Shown here: piece after piece, positions 44,861 through 54,716 of the stretch | Layout: each line of letters begins with the position of its first letter | Numbering within the stretch: position 1 is the stretch's first letter | NCBI GenBank assembly: GCA_902478645.1 | Contig: CABSLV010000005.1 | Coordinates: 20,892 to 84,891, forward strand | DNA from: an uncultured Flavobacteriales bacterium | GTDB taxonomy: Bacteria; Bacteroidota; Bacteroidia; Flavobacteriales; UBA1820 | Direction of reading: 5' to 3' | Length of the DNA: 64,000 bases | Program-made: the position numbers and the translations under genes | Notes under the pieces: generated by a model | Told to the model about the DNA's origin: nothing | Seen by the model: only the letters and a program-made list of their open reading frames with translations | Database searches by the model: none

Positions 44861-46258
44861 TCAGTGCTTGCGCTTGGCCGAGATCGCGTAAAGGAACGTA
44901 TAACCAATGATGGCCGCCAGCACCGAAGCCAACAGGATAGCCAGTTTCGCTTCAGAGGTATAATTCATCGCTATCTCCCGGATGGACAGATCCGTGGTGC
45001 GGAAGGCCAGTTCGGTGATGAACAACGCTACGGTAAAGCCCATACCGGCAATGATGCCCATTCCGAAGATGTGTTTCCACTTCACGCCCTCGGGCAATTT
45101 GCCGATGCCCAGTTTGACAAACAGGAGCGTAAAGAGGAAGATACCGATCGGTTTACCTACCAGCAGACCTATTCCCACACCGAGCGCCACCGGAGTAGCG
45201 ATAGCCTGGGTAAAACTCAAATCGCCGCTCACGTTCACTCCGGCATTGGCCAAAGCGAAGACCGGCATCACCAACAGCGCCACCCAGGGAGCCAGCGTCC
45301 GCTCGACACTTGCCAGCGGGCTTTCCGCATATTTGGTGAGTTGTTTCAGTTCGAAGTACGTATCCGAAGTCTCGGCATCGGGCATCCCCCGGAATATCGT
45401 CTCCGGTCCTTTGTCCTCGAGTTTACCGAGCAGTTTCTTGGCCTTGGCCGCGTAATCCTTGGGCAACATCCCGGCATTGGTCGGGAAAGCAAAGCCCATC
45501 AACACACCGGCAATGGTGGCATGCACTCCGGATTCGAGGATCTGCGTCCACACCACGACAAATCCCACCACGTAGTACAACCAGCGGGTGCGGGCATTGA
45601 CCATGTTGGAAAAGAACAGGAAGGCCACCCCGATCAACGCAATGGCCAGCGCGCCGGTATTGAGATGCTCGGTATAGAAGAAGGCAATCACGGCGATACC
45701 TCCCAGGTCGTCCGCCACGGCCAGGGTCATCAGGAACACTTTCAGGCTCAAAGGCACCCGTTTGGCCAACAGGGAGATCACCGCCAACGAGAAGGCAATG
45801 TCGGTAGCCATCGGGATACCCCAACCTTGCTCGGCGATGTCGGCCGCATTGTGGTTGAACAGATGGTAGATGATGGCCGGAGCCAGCATTCCGCCCAAAG
45901 CGGCGGCAATGGGCAGGATCGCTTTCTTGAACGAGGAGAGTTTTCCGGCGACGAACTCGCCCTTGAGTTCCAATCCTACGCTAAAGAAGAAGATGACCAT
46001 CAGCAGGTCGCTGACAAACAACTGCAGGCTCTTCAAGTGAATCGACATGAAGTAGGATACGTGTTCTACCACCTGCCCGTTTTCCAGTGCTTTCTCCACG
46101 TGTTTGCCCAGGTTGAGGGTCAAAGGCTGGTTCCACACTGCATTGTACGTATCGGGCGAGACGTTCGCCCAGACAAATGCTGCTACCGCAGCGAAAAACA
46201 ACAGCCCGCCGGTAAAGGTCGGTCCGGCGAGAATGCTTCGGAGTTTTTTCAGTTTCAT
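44861..46258 (-). CDS. nhaA: Na+/H+ antiporter NhaA
   Basis: FFFSVGLELKGEF and TLAVADDLGGIAVIAFFY motifs. Confidence 0.92.
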   Translation of the reverse strand: MKLKKLRSILAGPTFTGGLLFFAAVAAFVWANVSPDTYNAVWNQPLTLNLGKHVEKALENGQVVEHVSYFMSIHLKSLQLFVSDLLMVIFFFSVGLELKGEFVAGKLSSFKKAILPIAAALGGMLAPAIIYHLFNHNAADIAEQGWGIPMATDIAFSLAVISLLAKRVPLSLKVFLMTLAVADDLGGIAVIAFFYTEHLNTGALAIALIGVAFLFFSNMVNARTRWLYYVVGFVVVWTQILESGVHATIAGVLMGFAFPTNAGMLPKDYAAKAKKLLGKLEDKGPETIFRGMPDAETSDTYFELKQLTKYAESPLASVERTLAPWVALLVMPVFALANAGVNVSGDLSFTQAIATPVALGVGIGLLVGKPIGIFLFTLLFVKLGIGKLPEGVKWKHIFGMGIIAGMGFTVALFITELAFRTTDLSIREIAMNYTSEAKLAILLASVLAAIIGYTFLYAISAKRKH

Positions 46259-46426
46259 TCCCATAATTTTCGCTATCTTTTATCCTTGTTCTTCCTTTTG
46301 CCATTCTGCGCACCCCGAGGATCCTTTCCTAAAGAGAATCAACCTTTCCTCCCCTACCACCTCTTTTCCTTCCGCCCGGGAAATCCCAAAGCAGGGAACG
46401 TTTGGCCGGGAGCGCGCCCGTAAACC

Positions 46427-47713
46427 TTACAGCATCTTTTCCAAATCCTTTCCGATGTCCCGACGGCAATACGCCCCTTCGAAATGGATCCGGTCGACAT
46501 TGGCATAGCTCTGCACCAGCGCGTCGCGGAAATCGTCGGCATAGGACGTTACTGCCAGTACGCGTCCCCCGTCGGTGAGCACCTCCCCCTGCGGGGAAAG
46601 TTTCGTCCCGGCATGGAATACGACACTGCCCTGCACGGCATCGAGTCCGGCGATCGGCTTGCCTTTTTCGTACGCCTGGGGATAGCCTCCGGAGACCATC
46701 ACCACCGTAACGGCGGCACGGGAGTCGATCTCGAAGTTCACCTGTCCCAACCTCCCCTGGGAGGCGGCATAGAGGGCTTCGAGCAGGTCGCTCTTCACCC
46801 GGGGGATCACCGCTTCGGTCTCCGGGTCGCCCATCCGCACGTTGTATTCGATCACTTTGGGTTCGCCCCCCACGTTGATCAACCCGAAGAAGACAAACCC
46901 GGTATAGACGATCCCGTCCTTCTCCAGTCCCCGGATAGTCGGGCGGACGATGCGTTCCTCGATCTTTTTCATGAATTCCCCTTGGGCAAAGGGTACGGGC
47001 GAAACCGCTCCCATGCCGCCGGTATTGAGCCCCGTATCGCCTTCCCCGATCCGCTTGTAATCCTTGGCGGAAGGGAGCAGTTTGTAGTCGTGTCCGTCGG
47101 TAATGGCAAAGACCGAAAGTTCGATCCCGGAAAGGAACTCCTCGATCACCACCTTGGCCGAAGCCGAGCCGAATTTCCCGCCGAGGATCATCTCCCGCAA
47201 TTCATCCTTGGCCTGCCGGGCGTCGGGGAGGATCAGCACTCCTTTCCCCGCAGCCAGGCCGTCGGCCTTGAGTACATACGGGGGAGTAAGGCTGTCGATG
47301 AAGGCATCCGCCTGGTCGAGATTTTCCCGGGTAAAACTCCGGTAGGCAGCCGTGGGTATGCCGTGGCGCATCATGAATTCCTTGGCGTATTCCTTGCTGC
47401 CCTCCAGGGTCGCTCCCTGGCGCGAAGGGCCGAACACCGCTACGCGGGCCAACTGGGGATCGGCGTGGAAAAAGTCGTAGATGCCGTTTACCAGCGGATC
47501 TTCCGGCCCTACCACCACGAAATCGATCGCATGGTCCAGCACGGCCTGTTTGATCGCCTGAAAATCGCCGACCTTGATCGCAAGGTTGGTCCCTACCTGC
47601 GCCGTGCCGGCATTGCCGGGAGCGATCCACAAGCGGTCGCACATCGGACTTTGCGCTATCTTCCACGCCAGGGCGTGTTCCCGCCCGCCGGAACCGAGTA
47701 TCAGTACATTCAT
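46427..47713 (-). CDS. purD: Phosphoribosylamine--glycine ligase
   Basis: MNVLILGSGGREHALAWK..., ATP-grasp core. 428 aa. ATGA overlap with the upstream GH3 gene. Confidence 0.96.
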   Translation of the reverse strand: MNVLILGSGGREHALAWKIAQSPMCDRLWIAPGNAGTAQVGTNLAIKVGDFQAIKQAVLDHAIDFVVVGPEDPLVNGIYDFFHADPQLARVAVFGPSRQGATLEGSKEYAKEFMMRHGIPTAAYRSFTRENLDQADAFIDSLTPPYVLKADGLAAGKGVLILPDARQAKDELREMILGGKFGSASAKVVIEEFLSGIELSVFAITDGHDYKLLPSAKDYKRIGEGDTGLNTGGMGAVSPVPFAQGEFMKKIEERIVRPTIRGLEKDGIVYTGFVFFGLINVGGEPKVIEYNVRMGDPETEAVIPRVKSDLLEALYAASQGRLGQVNFEIDSRAAVTVVMVSGGYPQAYEKGKPIAGLDAVQGSVVFHAGTKLSPQGEVLTDGGRVLAVTSYADDFRDALVQSYANVDRIHFEGAYCRRDIGKDLEKML

Positions 47714-49233
47714 CGTGCAATATCTTTATTGGTGAATTTCATTTTTTCCATCGCTGCCTGCAGTCCATCGGCCAAGGTACGGTCGTTGGACAGACGGGGG
47801 ATCTTGTTCTGCCCGCCCAGACGCCCTACCGACTTCATGTACGCTGCAAAAGCCCCTTCGGGCAGCGGACGCACCACAGCCGGACGCAGGATGCGCCCTT
47901 GGATCAAATCCCGGTAATAGATATTCTGGTGTTGCATCTCCCGGTCGAGAACTCGGGCAAAGAGGTCGGGATCGGACGGTTTTCGGGCAAACTCGATCCA
48001 CCACTCGTGGTACGGGAGCCCGCTCTCGGGGGCCACCTGCGGGGCAAGGGTAAACTCCGCCACCACTGCTCCGCTCTCCCGGGCTGCCTGGGATACCGCC
48101 CGCTCGGCTTCCGCCGCAATGACGTGCTCCCCGAAAGCCGACGTATAGTGCGCCACCCGTCCCGTTACCTTTACGCGGTACGGGGAGGTAGAGGTAAACA
48201 TCACCGTATCGCCGATGCTGTACGCCCACAGGCCGGAATTGGTCGTGAGGATCAAAGCGTAGTTCACCCCTGTCTCCACCTGTGAGAGGTCTAACCGGGG
48301 TGCATCCGGCTGGCCGTAAAGGTCGGCCGGGACAAATTCGTAGAACAATCCGCTGTTTACCTCCAGCAGCAGGCTTCCGTCCCGGGCTACACTGTCGGAG
48401 GCGGCAACAAAGCCTTCGGAGGCCGGGTAAGTTTCCAGCACATCGACCTCGCGTCCGATAAGCTGACGGAAACGTTCGCGGTACGGTTCGTAGTTCACCC
48501 CACCGGTTACCATCACCGAGAAATGGGGAAAAAGTTCGCCGACCGGTTTGCCCGAGCGGGCGATGAGGCGTTCGAAATACATTTGCAGCCACGAAGGGAT
48601 ACCCGAGATCAAGGTCATGTCGGCCGAGATGGTCTCATCGACAATGGCCTCCACCTTCTGCTCCCAGTCCTCGATGCAATTGGTACGGTAGGAGGGCTTG
48701 CGGTTGCCCCGCAGGTAAAAAGGCACGCAATGGGCCACGATGCCCGAGAGCCGCCCGGTGAGGATGCCGTTGCGGTCTTCCAGCACAGGACTTCCTTGCA
48801 GGAAGATCATCTTCCCGCCGACGAAGTCCACCTGACCGCTGGAAAGGATGTAACGCAGCAGCATGTCCCGCGTGGCCCGCACCTGGCATGCCAGGCCTTC
48901 CCGGGTGAGCGGGATGTATTTCGTACCGGAGGTCGTCCCCGAAGTCTTGGCAAAATACGCCGGCCGGCCGGGCCAAAGCACGTCGCGCTCGCCCTCGGCG
49001 ATGCGCTGGATATAGCCGCGGAGGTCTTCGTACGTACAAAGGGGGACGCGCTGGCGATACTGCTGGTAAGTGCGGATGTCCCCGAAACCGTGCTCCCGCC
49101 CGAAAGCCGTATCGGCCGCGGCGGAGAGAAAACGCGAGAGCAACTTCTGCTGGGTTTCGATCGGATGGGCGATAAAACGGTCCGCACGGCGGATCTGACT
49201 GCGGGCAAAGGCTGTGGCAAAATACTTTTTCAT
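47710..49233 (-). CDS. GH3-family (auxin-responsive-promoter-like) acyl-adenylate-forming enzyme
   Basis: FAKTSGTTSGTKYIPLT adenylation motif. ~507 aa from the internal Met MKKYF. Whole-length GH3-like pattern. Confidence 0.85.
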   Translation of the reverse strand: MKKYFATAFARSQIRRADRFIAHPIETQQKLLSRFLSAAADTAFGREHGFGDIRTYQQYRQRVPLCTYEDLRGYIQRIAEGERDVLWPGRPAYFAKTSGTTSGTKYIPLTREGLACQVRATRDMLLRYILSSGQVDFVGGKMIFLQGSPVLEDRNGILTGRLSGIVAHCVPFYLRGNRKPSYRTNCIEDWEQKVEAIVDETISADMTLISGIPSWLQMYFERLIARSGKPVGELFPHFSVMVTGGVNYEPYRERFRQLIGREVDVLETYPASEGFVAASDSVARDGSLLLEVNSGLFYEFVPADLYGQPDAPRLDLSQVETGVNYALILTTNSGLWAYSIGDTVMFTSTSPYRVKVTGRVAHYTSAFGEHVIAAEAERAVSQAARESGAVVAEFTLAPQVAPESGLPYHEWWIEFARKPSDPDLFARVLDREMQHQNIYYRDLIQGRILRPAVVRPLPEGAFAAYMKSVGRLGGQNKIPRLSNDRTLADGLQAAMEKMKFTNKDIAR

Positions 49234-49250
49234 CGTTCCCGCTCCTTCGC

Positions 49251-50171
49251 TTACATTCCGAAATTGATATAATCCTGCGGATCGACCGATGCGCCGTCGA
49301 TCCACAACTCAAAACGCACCACCGGGTTCGAGGTCGCTCTGGCTCCCAATCCCGTGGTGGCGATCAGTTCCCCCTGGGAAACGCGATCGCCGGGATGCTT
49401 CTGGGTAAGGCCTACGTTCTTATAGACGGTGGACATGTTTCCCGGGTGGCTTATCACGAGTACATTGCCGCTCTCGGGGGTCCAGTCGCGGTAAATGACC
49501 GTTCCGGAGGCAACGGCAAAGATCGGCGTATTGGAGGGCGCCGAAAGATCGATCCAGAGATGATCGGTCGAGGGATCGTACGGCGCAGCCATCACCGCTC
49601 CGCGTACCGGCACGGAGAGTACCTGCATCGAACGGGTAGTTATCGCAGCCTGCAAAGCCTCCATCTGCCGCTGCTCGACCTGACGACGGAATGCCGAATC
49701 CTGTGCCGAGGCCCAGATAAATTGTTGGGCGTTTTTGGAAACCGAATCGACAAAGACCGAATCCTGCATCTTTTCCGGAGCGACATCCCCGGCCAGAATA
49801 TCGCGAAGCACCGCCAGGTAGGCTTCGTTTTGCATCAGGCGTGTTTCCAGCGTATCGACCTGGGAAAGCAGGTGTACCGTTTGGCGGCGCAGGGCCGGGA
49901 TATCGTCGGTGATCACATACGTCTTCAGGCTGGTATAGCGCAACAGCAGGATCGTTCCCCCCACCAGCACGAGGGTAGCCACGGCCAGGAGGATGACGAT
50001 GTTCATCGGGCGAAGGCGCAGGGAAAACACCTCGTGGAACATCGCTTCGTCAAAAACGATGAACTTGAAGTGATTGGTCAGTTTCCGGTGCAGACGACGA
50101 CGGAAACTTTCCTTGGGTTCATTCCCGGGGTGGGATTCCTTTTTCTTGGCAGCCATTTCGTCTATCGGCAT
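49251..50171 (-). CDS. M23/LytM-domain membrane protein, probably catalytically degenerate
   Basis: N-terminal TM and coiled coil. LytM domain with HLWID (HxxxD), but YKNV replaces the usual HxH. Confidence 0.8.
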   Translation of the reverse strand: MPIDEMAAKKKESHPGNEPKESFRRRLHRKLTNHFKFIVFDEAMFHEVFSLRLRPMNIVILLAVATLVLVGGTILLLRYTSLKTYVITDDIPALRRQTVHLLSQVDTLETRLMQNEAYLAVLRDILAGDVAPEKMQDSVFVDSVSKNAQQFIWASAQDSAFRRQVEQRQMEALQAAITTRSMQVLSVPVRGAVMAAPYDPSTDHLWIDLSAPSNTPIFAVASGTVIYRDWTPESGNVLVISHPGNMSTVYKNVGLTQKHPGDRVSQGELIATTGLGARATSNPVVRFELWIDGASVDPQDYINFGM

Positions 50172-50193
50172 GGCATTTTCCGCCTGCCGCGTA

Positions 50194-50201
50194 CAAAGAT
50201 A
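50194..50201 (-). promoter_or_regulatory. -7 promoter box TATCTTTG (minus strand) upstream of the M23 gene
   Basis: caaagata on +. 23 nt upstream of the ATG at 50171. Terminal part of the repeat. Confidence 0.55.
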
Positions 50202-50281
50202 GTGAAAGCCGAGAGCAGAGGCAAACGAAAACGAAGTTTTCACTTTGACCCTGCCGAGACGCATCCTGTCTTATCCAAAGA
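50194..50281 (-). repeat. Third locus of the 86-bp repeat family (one copy, inverted orientation)
   Basis: caaagatagtgaaagccgagagcagaggcaaacg...gccgagacgcatcctgtcttatccaaaga. Confidence 0.85.
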
Positions 50282-50316
50282 TAGATATAAAAATTCTTGG
50301 AATCCTCCCTCAAAAA

Positions 50317-50949
50317 TCAAAGCAGCGCCCGGGGATTGAGACGGGCCGTAATGATATCGCGCTCCAAGGTAGCTCCCCGCGCCGGAGAATACTCCCGGCC
50401 GTAATAGATGATCTGCAAGTGCAGGCGCGTCCAAAGATGCTGGGGGAACAACCGTTTGGCATCCCGCTCGGTCTGCTCCACATTCTTGCCCGAAGAAAGC
50501 CCCCAACGGTGCATCAGCCGGTGGATGTGCGTATCGACCGGAAAGGCCGGTACATCGAAAGCCTGGGACATGATCACCGAGGCCGTCTTGTGTCCCACTC
50601 CGGGGAGGGCTTCGAGTTCTTCAAAGGTGCGGGGCACTTCTCCTCCGTAGCGTTCCACCAAAATCCGCGACATCGCCTGAAGGTTACGCCCCTTGGTGGG
50701 AGCCAGACCGACAGGATGGATCAGCGATACGATGCGCTCCACCGGCAGACTGGCCATCTGCTCGGGGGTTGAGGCGGCGGCAAACAAAGCGGGAGTTACC
50801 TCGTTCACCCGTTTGTCGGTAGTCTGCGCCGAAAGCATCACCGCCACCAGAAAAGTGAACGGATCGCTGTGCCGGAGCGGGATCTGCGGATCGGGATACA
50901 AGGTATCCAAAGTGCGGATGAGAAAATCGACTTTTTCCCGGAGGGTCAT
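50317..50949 (-). CDS. Endonuclease III-like HhH-GPD DNA glycosylase lacking the Fe-S cluster loop
   Basis: LPGVGHKTASVI (HhH with Lys) and VDTHIHR (Asp) are present. The whole 210-aa protein contains no cysteine. Confidence 0.85.
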   Translation of the reverse strand: MTLREKVDFLIRTLDTLYPDPQIPLRHSDPFTFLVAVMLSAQTTDKRVNEVTPALFAAASTPEQMASLPVERIVSLIHPVGLAPTKGRNLQAMSRILVERYGGEVPRTFEELEALPGVGHKTASVIMSQAFDVPAFPVDTHIHRLMHRWGLSSGKNVEQTERDAKRLFPQHLWTRLHLQIIYYGREYSPARGATLERDIITARLNPRALL

Positions 50950-50970
50950 ACGGAAACTCGGTAAAGGAAG

Positions 50971-51438
50971 TTACAGCTTTATCTTGACCGCCCGGTCGGC
51001 ATCGCGGCGGATGTCCTTGTCCTTGATGGATTCGCGCTTGTCGTAGAGCTTCTTTCCCCGCGCCAGGGCGATCTCCATCTTGGCCAGTCCCCGGTCGTTG
51101 ATAAACAAGCGAAGGGGGACGACCGTCAAACCCTTTTCCCGCACAGCGCGGTCCAAACGGCGCAATTCGGTGCGGGTGAGCAGCAGTTTGCGCTCGCGGC
51201 GGGCGGCGTGGTTGAAATACACCGTATGGTCGTACGGGTCGATGTTCATGTTGATGACGAACAGTTCCCCGTCCTTGAACTGGCAGAAACTCTCGGCGAT
51301 CCGCCCTTTGCCTCCCCGCAGCGACTTGATCTCGGTGCCGTAGAGGACGATCCCGGCCGTATAGCGGTCCAACAACTCGTATTCGAAGCCGGCGCGCTTG
51401 TTGCGGATGTCGATGGTATTGGGTCTTTTGTCTTTCAT
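50971..51438 (-). CDS. smpB: SsrA-binding protein
   Basis: [29 protein letters not shown]. 155 aa. Confidence 0.95.
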   Translation of the reverse strand: MKDKRPNTIDIRNKRAGFEYELLDRYTAGIVLYGTEIKSLRGGKGRIAESFCQFKDGELFVINMNIDPYDHTVYFNHAARRERKLLLTRTELRRLDRAVREKGLTVVPLRLFINDRGLAKMEIALARGKKLYDKRESIKDKDIRRDADRAVKIKL

Positions 51439-51490
51439 GGTTTCGGATGAAAAAGGAGAGGCAAGATACGAAAAAAGAAAGAGCGCAGGA

Positions 51491-52426
51491 TCACCCTTCC
51501 CCGTGTCCTTCCTGCGGCTGGGTCGGCAGGCGTTTGGCTTTGCGCCGCTCGCGCAGGTTGTTCAGCCAGGCGTTGAGCACCACTACGGACAGGATGATGG
51601 CCGCCCCGAGGTAGAACGCGCCGGACATCCGCTCGTCGGGATACAGGGCTGCCGCCATGAGCATGGCATAGACCGGTTCGAGGTTGATGTTGAGCATCAC
51701 CGTAAAGGGCGAAAGGTAGCGGAACAGCTGGATCATCCGCACATTGGTGTACGAGGTGCAGACCACCGCCAGGAACAGGATGCCCAACGCGTCCTTGAGG
51801 CTCACTTGGCCCAAACCCTGCACGAAACCTTCCGTGGGAGCGAACAGTGCTGCAACTACCACGACGGCTCCCGCCATTTCGTAAAACGAGATCATCACCG
51901 TATCGTTGGGAAAACGGACGAACCACTTGCTGTTGATGATGGAATAGCACGCCGAGACGAACGATGCAGCCAGGGCCGTAACGATCCCGCCGTGGTACTC
52001 GGCATTCTGTCCCGAGATGATGAAGATGCCCACCACGACGATGAGCCCGAAGACAACCTCGTGCGCCCGCAAGCGCCGATGGTAAAACAGGGGTTCGAGC
52101 AGCGAGGCGAACAGCGCTCCGGTGGAGAGCATGGCCATCGTAACCGATACGTTGGCCTGCTTGATGGCCGAGAAGAACAGCACCCAATGGATCCCGATGA
52201 CTCCGCCGGAGAGCAGCAGCAGCACCACGTTACGCCACCCTACGCGGAACGACATGCCCCGCAGCCACATGAAGGCTCCCAGACACACGCAGGTAAGCCC
52301 CGTGCGGTAGATGGTCAGCGCCGTGGGCGGGGTGTCAATGTAGCGTCCCAAGATACCGGTAAACCCGAAAATGAGAATGATCAGGTGGAGCGAAAGGTAC
52401 GGACGGGCTTTGTTACTTTTTTGCAT
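51491..52426 (-). CDS. EamA/DMT family transporter
   Basis: 10-TM-like profile from the internal Met [27 protein letters not shown]. Confidence 0.8.
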   Translation of the reverse strand: MQKSNKARPYLSLHLIILIFGFTGILGRYIDTPPTALTIYRTGLTCVCLGAFMWLRGMSFRVGWRNVVLLLLSGGVIGIHWVLFFSAIKQANVSVTMAMLSTGALFASLLEPLFYHRRLRAHEVVFGLIVVVGIFIISGQNAEYHGGIVTALAASFVSACYSIINSKWFVRFPNDTVMISFYEMAGAVVVVAALFAPTEGFVQGLGQVSLKDALGILFLAVVCTSYTNVRMIQLFRYLSPFTVMLNINLEPVYAMLMAAALYPDERMSGAFYLGAAIILSVVVLNAWLNNLRERRKAKRLPTQPQEGHGEG

Positions 52427-53510
52427 GGCGGTACAGGTAATAAGCGATCCCGGCAAAGAGGATATTGGGCAGCCAGATCCAAAACAGCGGAGAACCGTCG
52501 GTACTCTTGGCCGCCGTGGTTTCAAACACGCGAAGCATGAACAGATAGGCCGCCATCAGGACGATACCGATAGCGATGTTGATCCCCGTACCTCCGCGTT
52601 TTTTGCGCGAGCACAGTGCTACGGCCAACACCGTGAGGATGAGCGAGGAAAATGGCAAGGCCACACGTTTGTACCGTTCGGTAATCAGGGTACGCACGTC
52701 GGGCGATCCGCGCTGCTGTTCGAGCCGGATGAGTTTCTCCAGTTCGATGGAGTTTTTCTTGTCGCCCACGTGTTTGTCCATCGAAAAATCGGCCGGGGTA
52801 AAGGCAAACACGGTGTCGATCGTATAACCGGAGGTGATGTCTTCCGAGCCGTCCTCCCTGAGGTCTTTCGAGAAATAGTTGGTCAGGCGGTAACGCGAGG
52901 TCTCCCGGTCGTAGGTGATGTGTTCCGAGGAAAACTTGTGGGTCATCGTACCGGTGGAGTCGTACTGCTCGAACGTGAAATACGAACCCACGGCACGCCC
53001 CACGTTCCAGTCCTTGATGTAGATGATCTGCCCCGGACCTACCTGCTTGTGGATATCCTGAATAACCAGATAATTATCGTCACGCGGCTTGACGTAACGC
53101 GCCTCGAAATCCAGACGCCGGATGTTGGAGTACGGCAGGATAAAATTGTTGATCAGCAGCGAAAGCGCCGTAAGCAGCACCGCGCCGTAGAGGTACGGGC
53201 GGAGGAAACGGTTGTAGTTGACCCCCGCGCTCATGATGGCGATGATCTCCGAACGGGCGGCAAACTTCGAGGTAAAGATGGTCGCCGCCAAAAAGACCAC
53301 TAGCGACATGTACATATTGCCGTAGTACAGGGCAAAGTTCAGGTAATACGTGGCGATCTCGGATGCCGGTGCCTGGTTGGTGAGATACTTGTCGATCTTC
53401 TCGGACATATCCACGATGGTGGCCAGGATGAGCACCACCAGCTCGGTTACCACAAAGGTGCCGAGAAAATTCTTCAGGATATACCGGTCGAGTATCTTCA
53501 GGGGTCTCAT
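52413..53510 (-). CDS. LptF/LptG family permease
   Basis: MRPLKILDRYILKNFLGTF N-terminus, a periplasmic beta-jellyroll region between TM3 and TM4, and ATGA overlap with tgt. Confidence 0.85.
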   Translation of the reverse strand: MRPLKILDRYILKNFLGTFVVTELVVLILATIVDMSEKIDKYLTNQAPASEIATYYLNFALYYGNMYMSLVVFLAATIFTSKFAARSEIIAIMSAGVNYNRFLRPYLYGAVLLTALSLLINNFILPYSNIRRLDFEARYVKPRDDNYLVIQDIHKQVGPGQIIYIKDWNVGRAVGSYFTFEQYDSTGTMTHKFSSEHITYDRETSRYRLTNYFSKDLREDGSEDITSGYTIDTVFAFTPADFSMDKHVGDKKNSIELEKLIRLEQQRGSPDVRTLITERYKRVALPFSSLILTVLAVALCSRKKRGGTGINIAIGIVLMAAYLFMLRVFETTAAKSTDGSPLFWIWLPNILFAGIAYYLYRHAKK

Positions 53511-54637
53511 AACCGCCGCTCGAGTTTTTCCACCATCTCCCTTTTCCATTGGGCAAACTCACCCGAGGCGATGCGTCGGCGCGCCTCGCCCACCAGCCAC
53601 AGGTAAAATCCCAGGTTGTGTACCGATGCGATCTGCTTGGCCAGGAATTCGTCCGCCGTAAACAGATGGCGCAGATAGGCGCGCGTGTAGGCCGTATCCA
53701 CCCACGTGTAGCCGGCCGGATCGACGGGCGAAAAATCGTCCGCCCACTTGCGGTTCTTGATGTTGATGATGCCCTCGGCGGTAAACAGCATCCCGTTGCG
53801 ACCGTTGCGGGTCGGCATCACGCAGTCCATCATGTCGATACCGCGGTCGATGGCTTCCAGGATGTTGGTCGGCGTACCGACACCCATCAGGTAGCGCGGA
53901 CGGTCGGCCGGCAGGATGGCGCAGACCTCCTCGATCATCTCGTACATCACTTCGTGCGGCTCGCCTACGGACAAGCCTCCGATGGCGTTCCCCTCCGCTC
54001 CGACCGAAGCGATCTTCTCGGCCGAGATCCGGCGCAGGTCGGAGTACACCGAGCCCTGCACGATGGGGAACAAGGCCTGCGGATAACCGTAACGTTCGGG
54101 ATGTTCGGCCAGATACGCCACGCAGCGGTCCAGCCAGCGGTGGGTCATCTGCATCGAGGCCTTGGCATAGGCGTATTCACACGGATAAGGCGTACACTCG
54201 TCGAAGGTCATGATGATGTCGGCCCCGATCTTGCGCTCGATCTCCATGACACTCTCCGGGGAGAACAGGTGCGCCGAGCCGTCGATGTGGGACTTGAAGC
54301 GTACGCCTTCTTCGCGGATCTTTCGCGTGGCCGAGAGCGAATACACCTGATAGCCTCCGCTGTCGGTGAGGATCGGCCGGTCCCAACCGATAAAACGGTG
54401 CAGGCCGCCGGCTTTTTCCAGAATGTCCGTGCCCGGACGCAGGTACAGGTGATAGGTATTGCCCAAGATGATCTTGGCGTCGATGTCCTGAGCCAATTCC
54501 CGCTGATGCACGCCCTTGACACTGCCTACCGTCCCCACCGGCATGAAGATGGGAGTAGGGATGTCCCCGTGCGCCGTCGTCAAGACGCCGGCGCGGGCCT
54601 GGGTAGCGGGTGCGGTGTGCTTTATCTCGAATTTCAT
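53507..54637 (-). CDS. tgt: tRNA-guanine transglycosylase (queuine tRNA-ribosyltransferase)
   Basis: TPIFMPVGT, ILTDSGGYQV, YLMGVGTP, CVMPTRNGRNG. Confidence 0.96.
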   Translation of the reverse strand: MKFEIKHTAPATQARAGVLTTAHGDIPTPIFMPVGTVGSVKGVHQRELAQDIDAKIILGNTYHLYLRPGTDILEKAGGLHRFIGWDRPILTDSGGYQVYSLSATRKIREEGVRFKSHIDGSAHLFSPESVMEIERKIGADIIMTFDECTPYPCEYAYAKASMQMTHRWLDRCVAYLAEHPERYGYPQALFPIVQGSVYSDLRRISAEKIASVGAEGNAIGGLSVGEPHEVMYEMIEEVCAILPADRPRYLMGVGTPTNILEAIDRGIDMMDCVMPTRNGRNGMLFTAEGIINIKNRKWADDFSPVDPAGYTWVDTAYTRAYLRHLFTADEFLAKQIASVHNLGFYLWLVGEARRRIASGEFAQWKREMVEKLERRL

Positions 54638-54716
54638 CTTCTCTCGTTTCGTTTTTCGTGGTGTTTCCTCGCAGAGGCAAGCCATGGCCTGCGCTCCTTT
54701 TGTCTTTTTTATCGCC

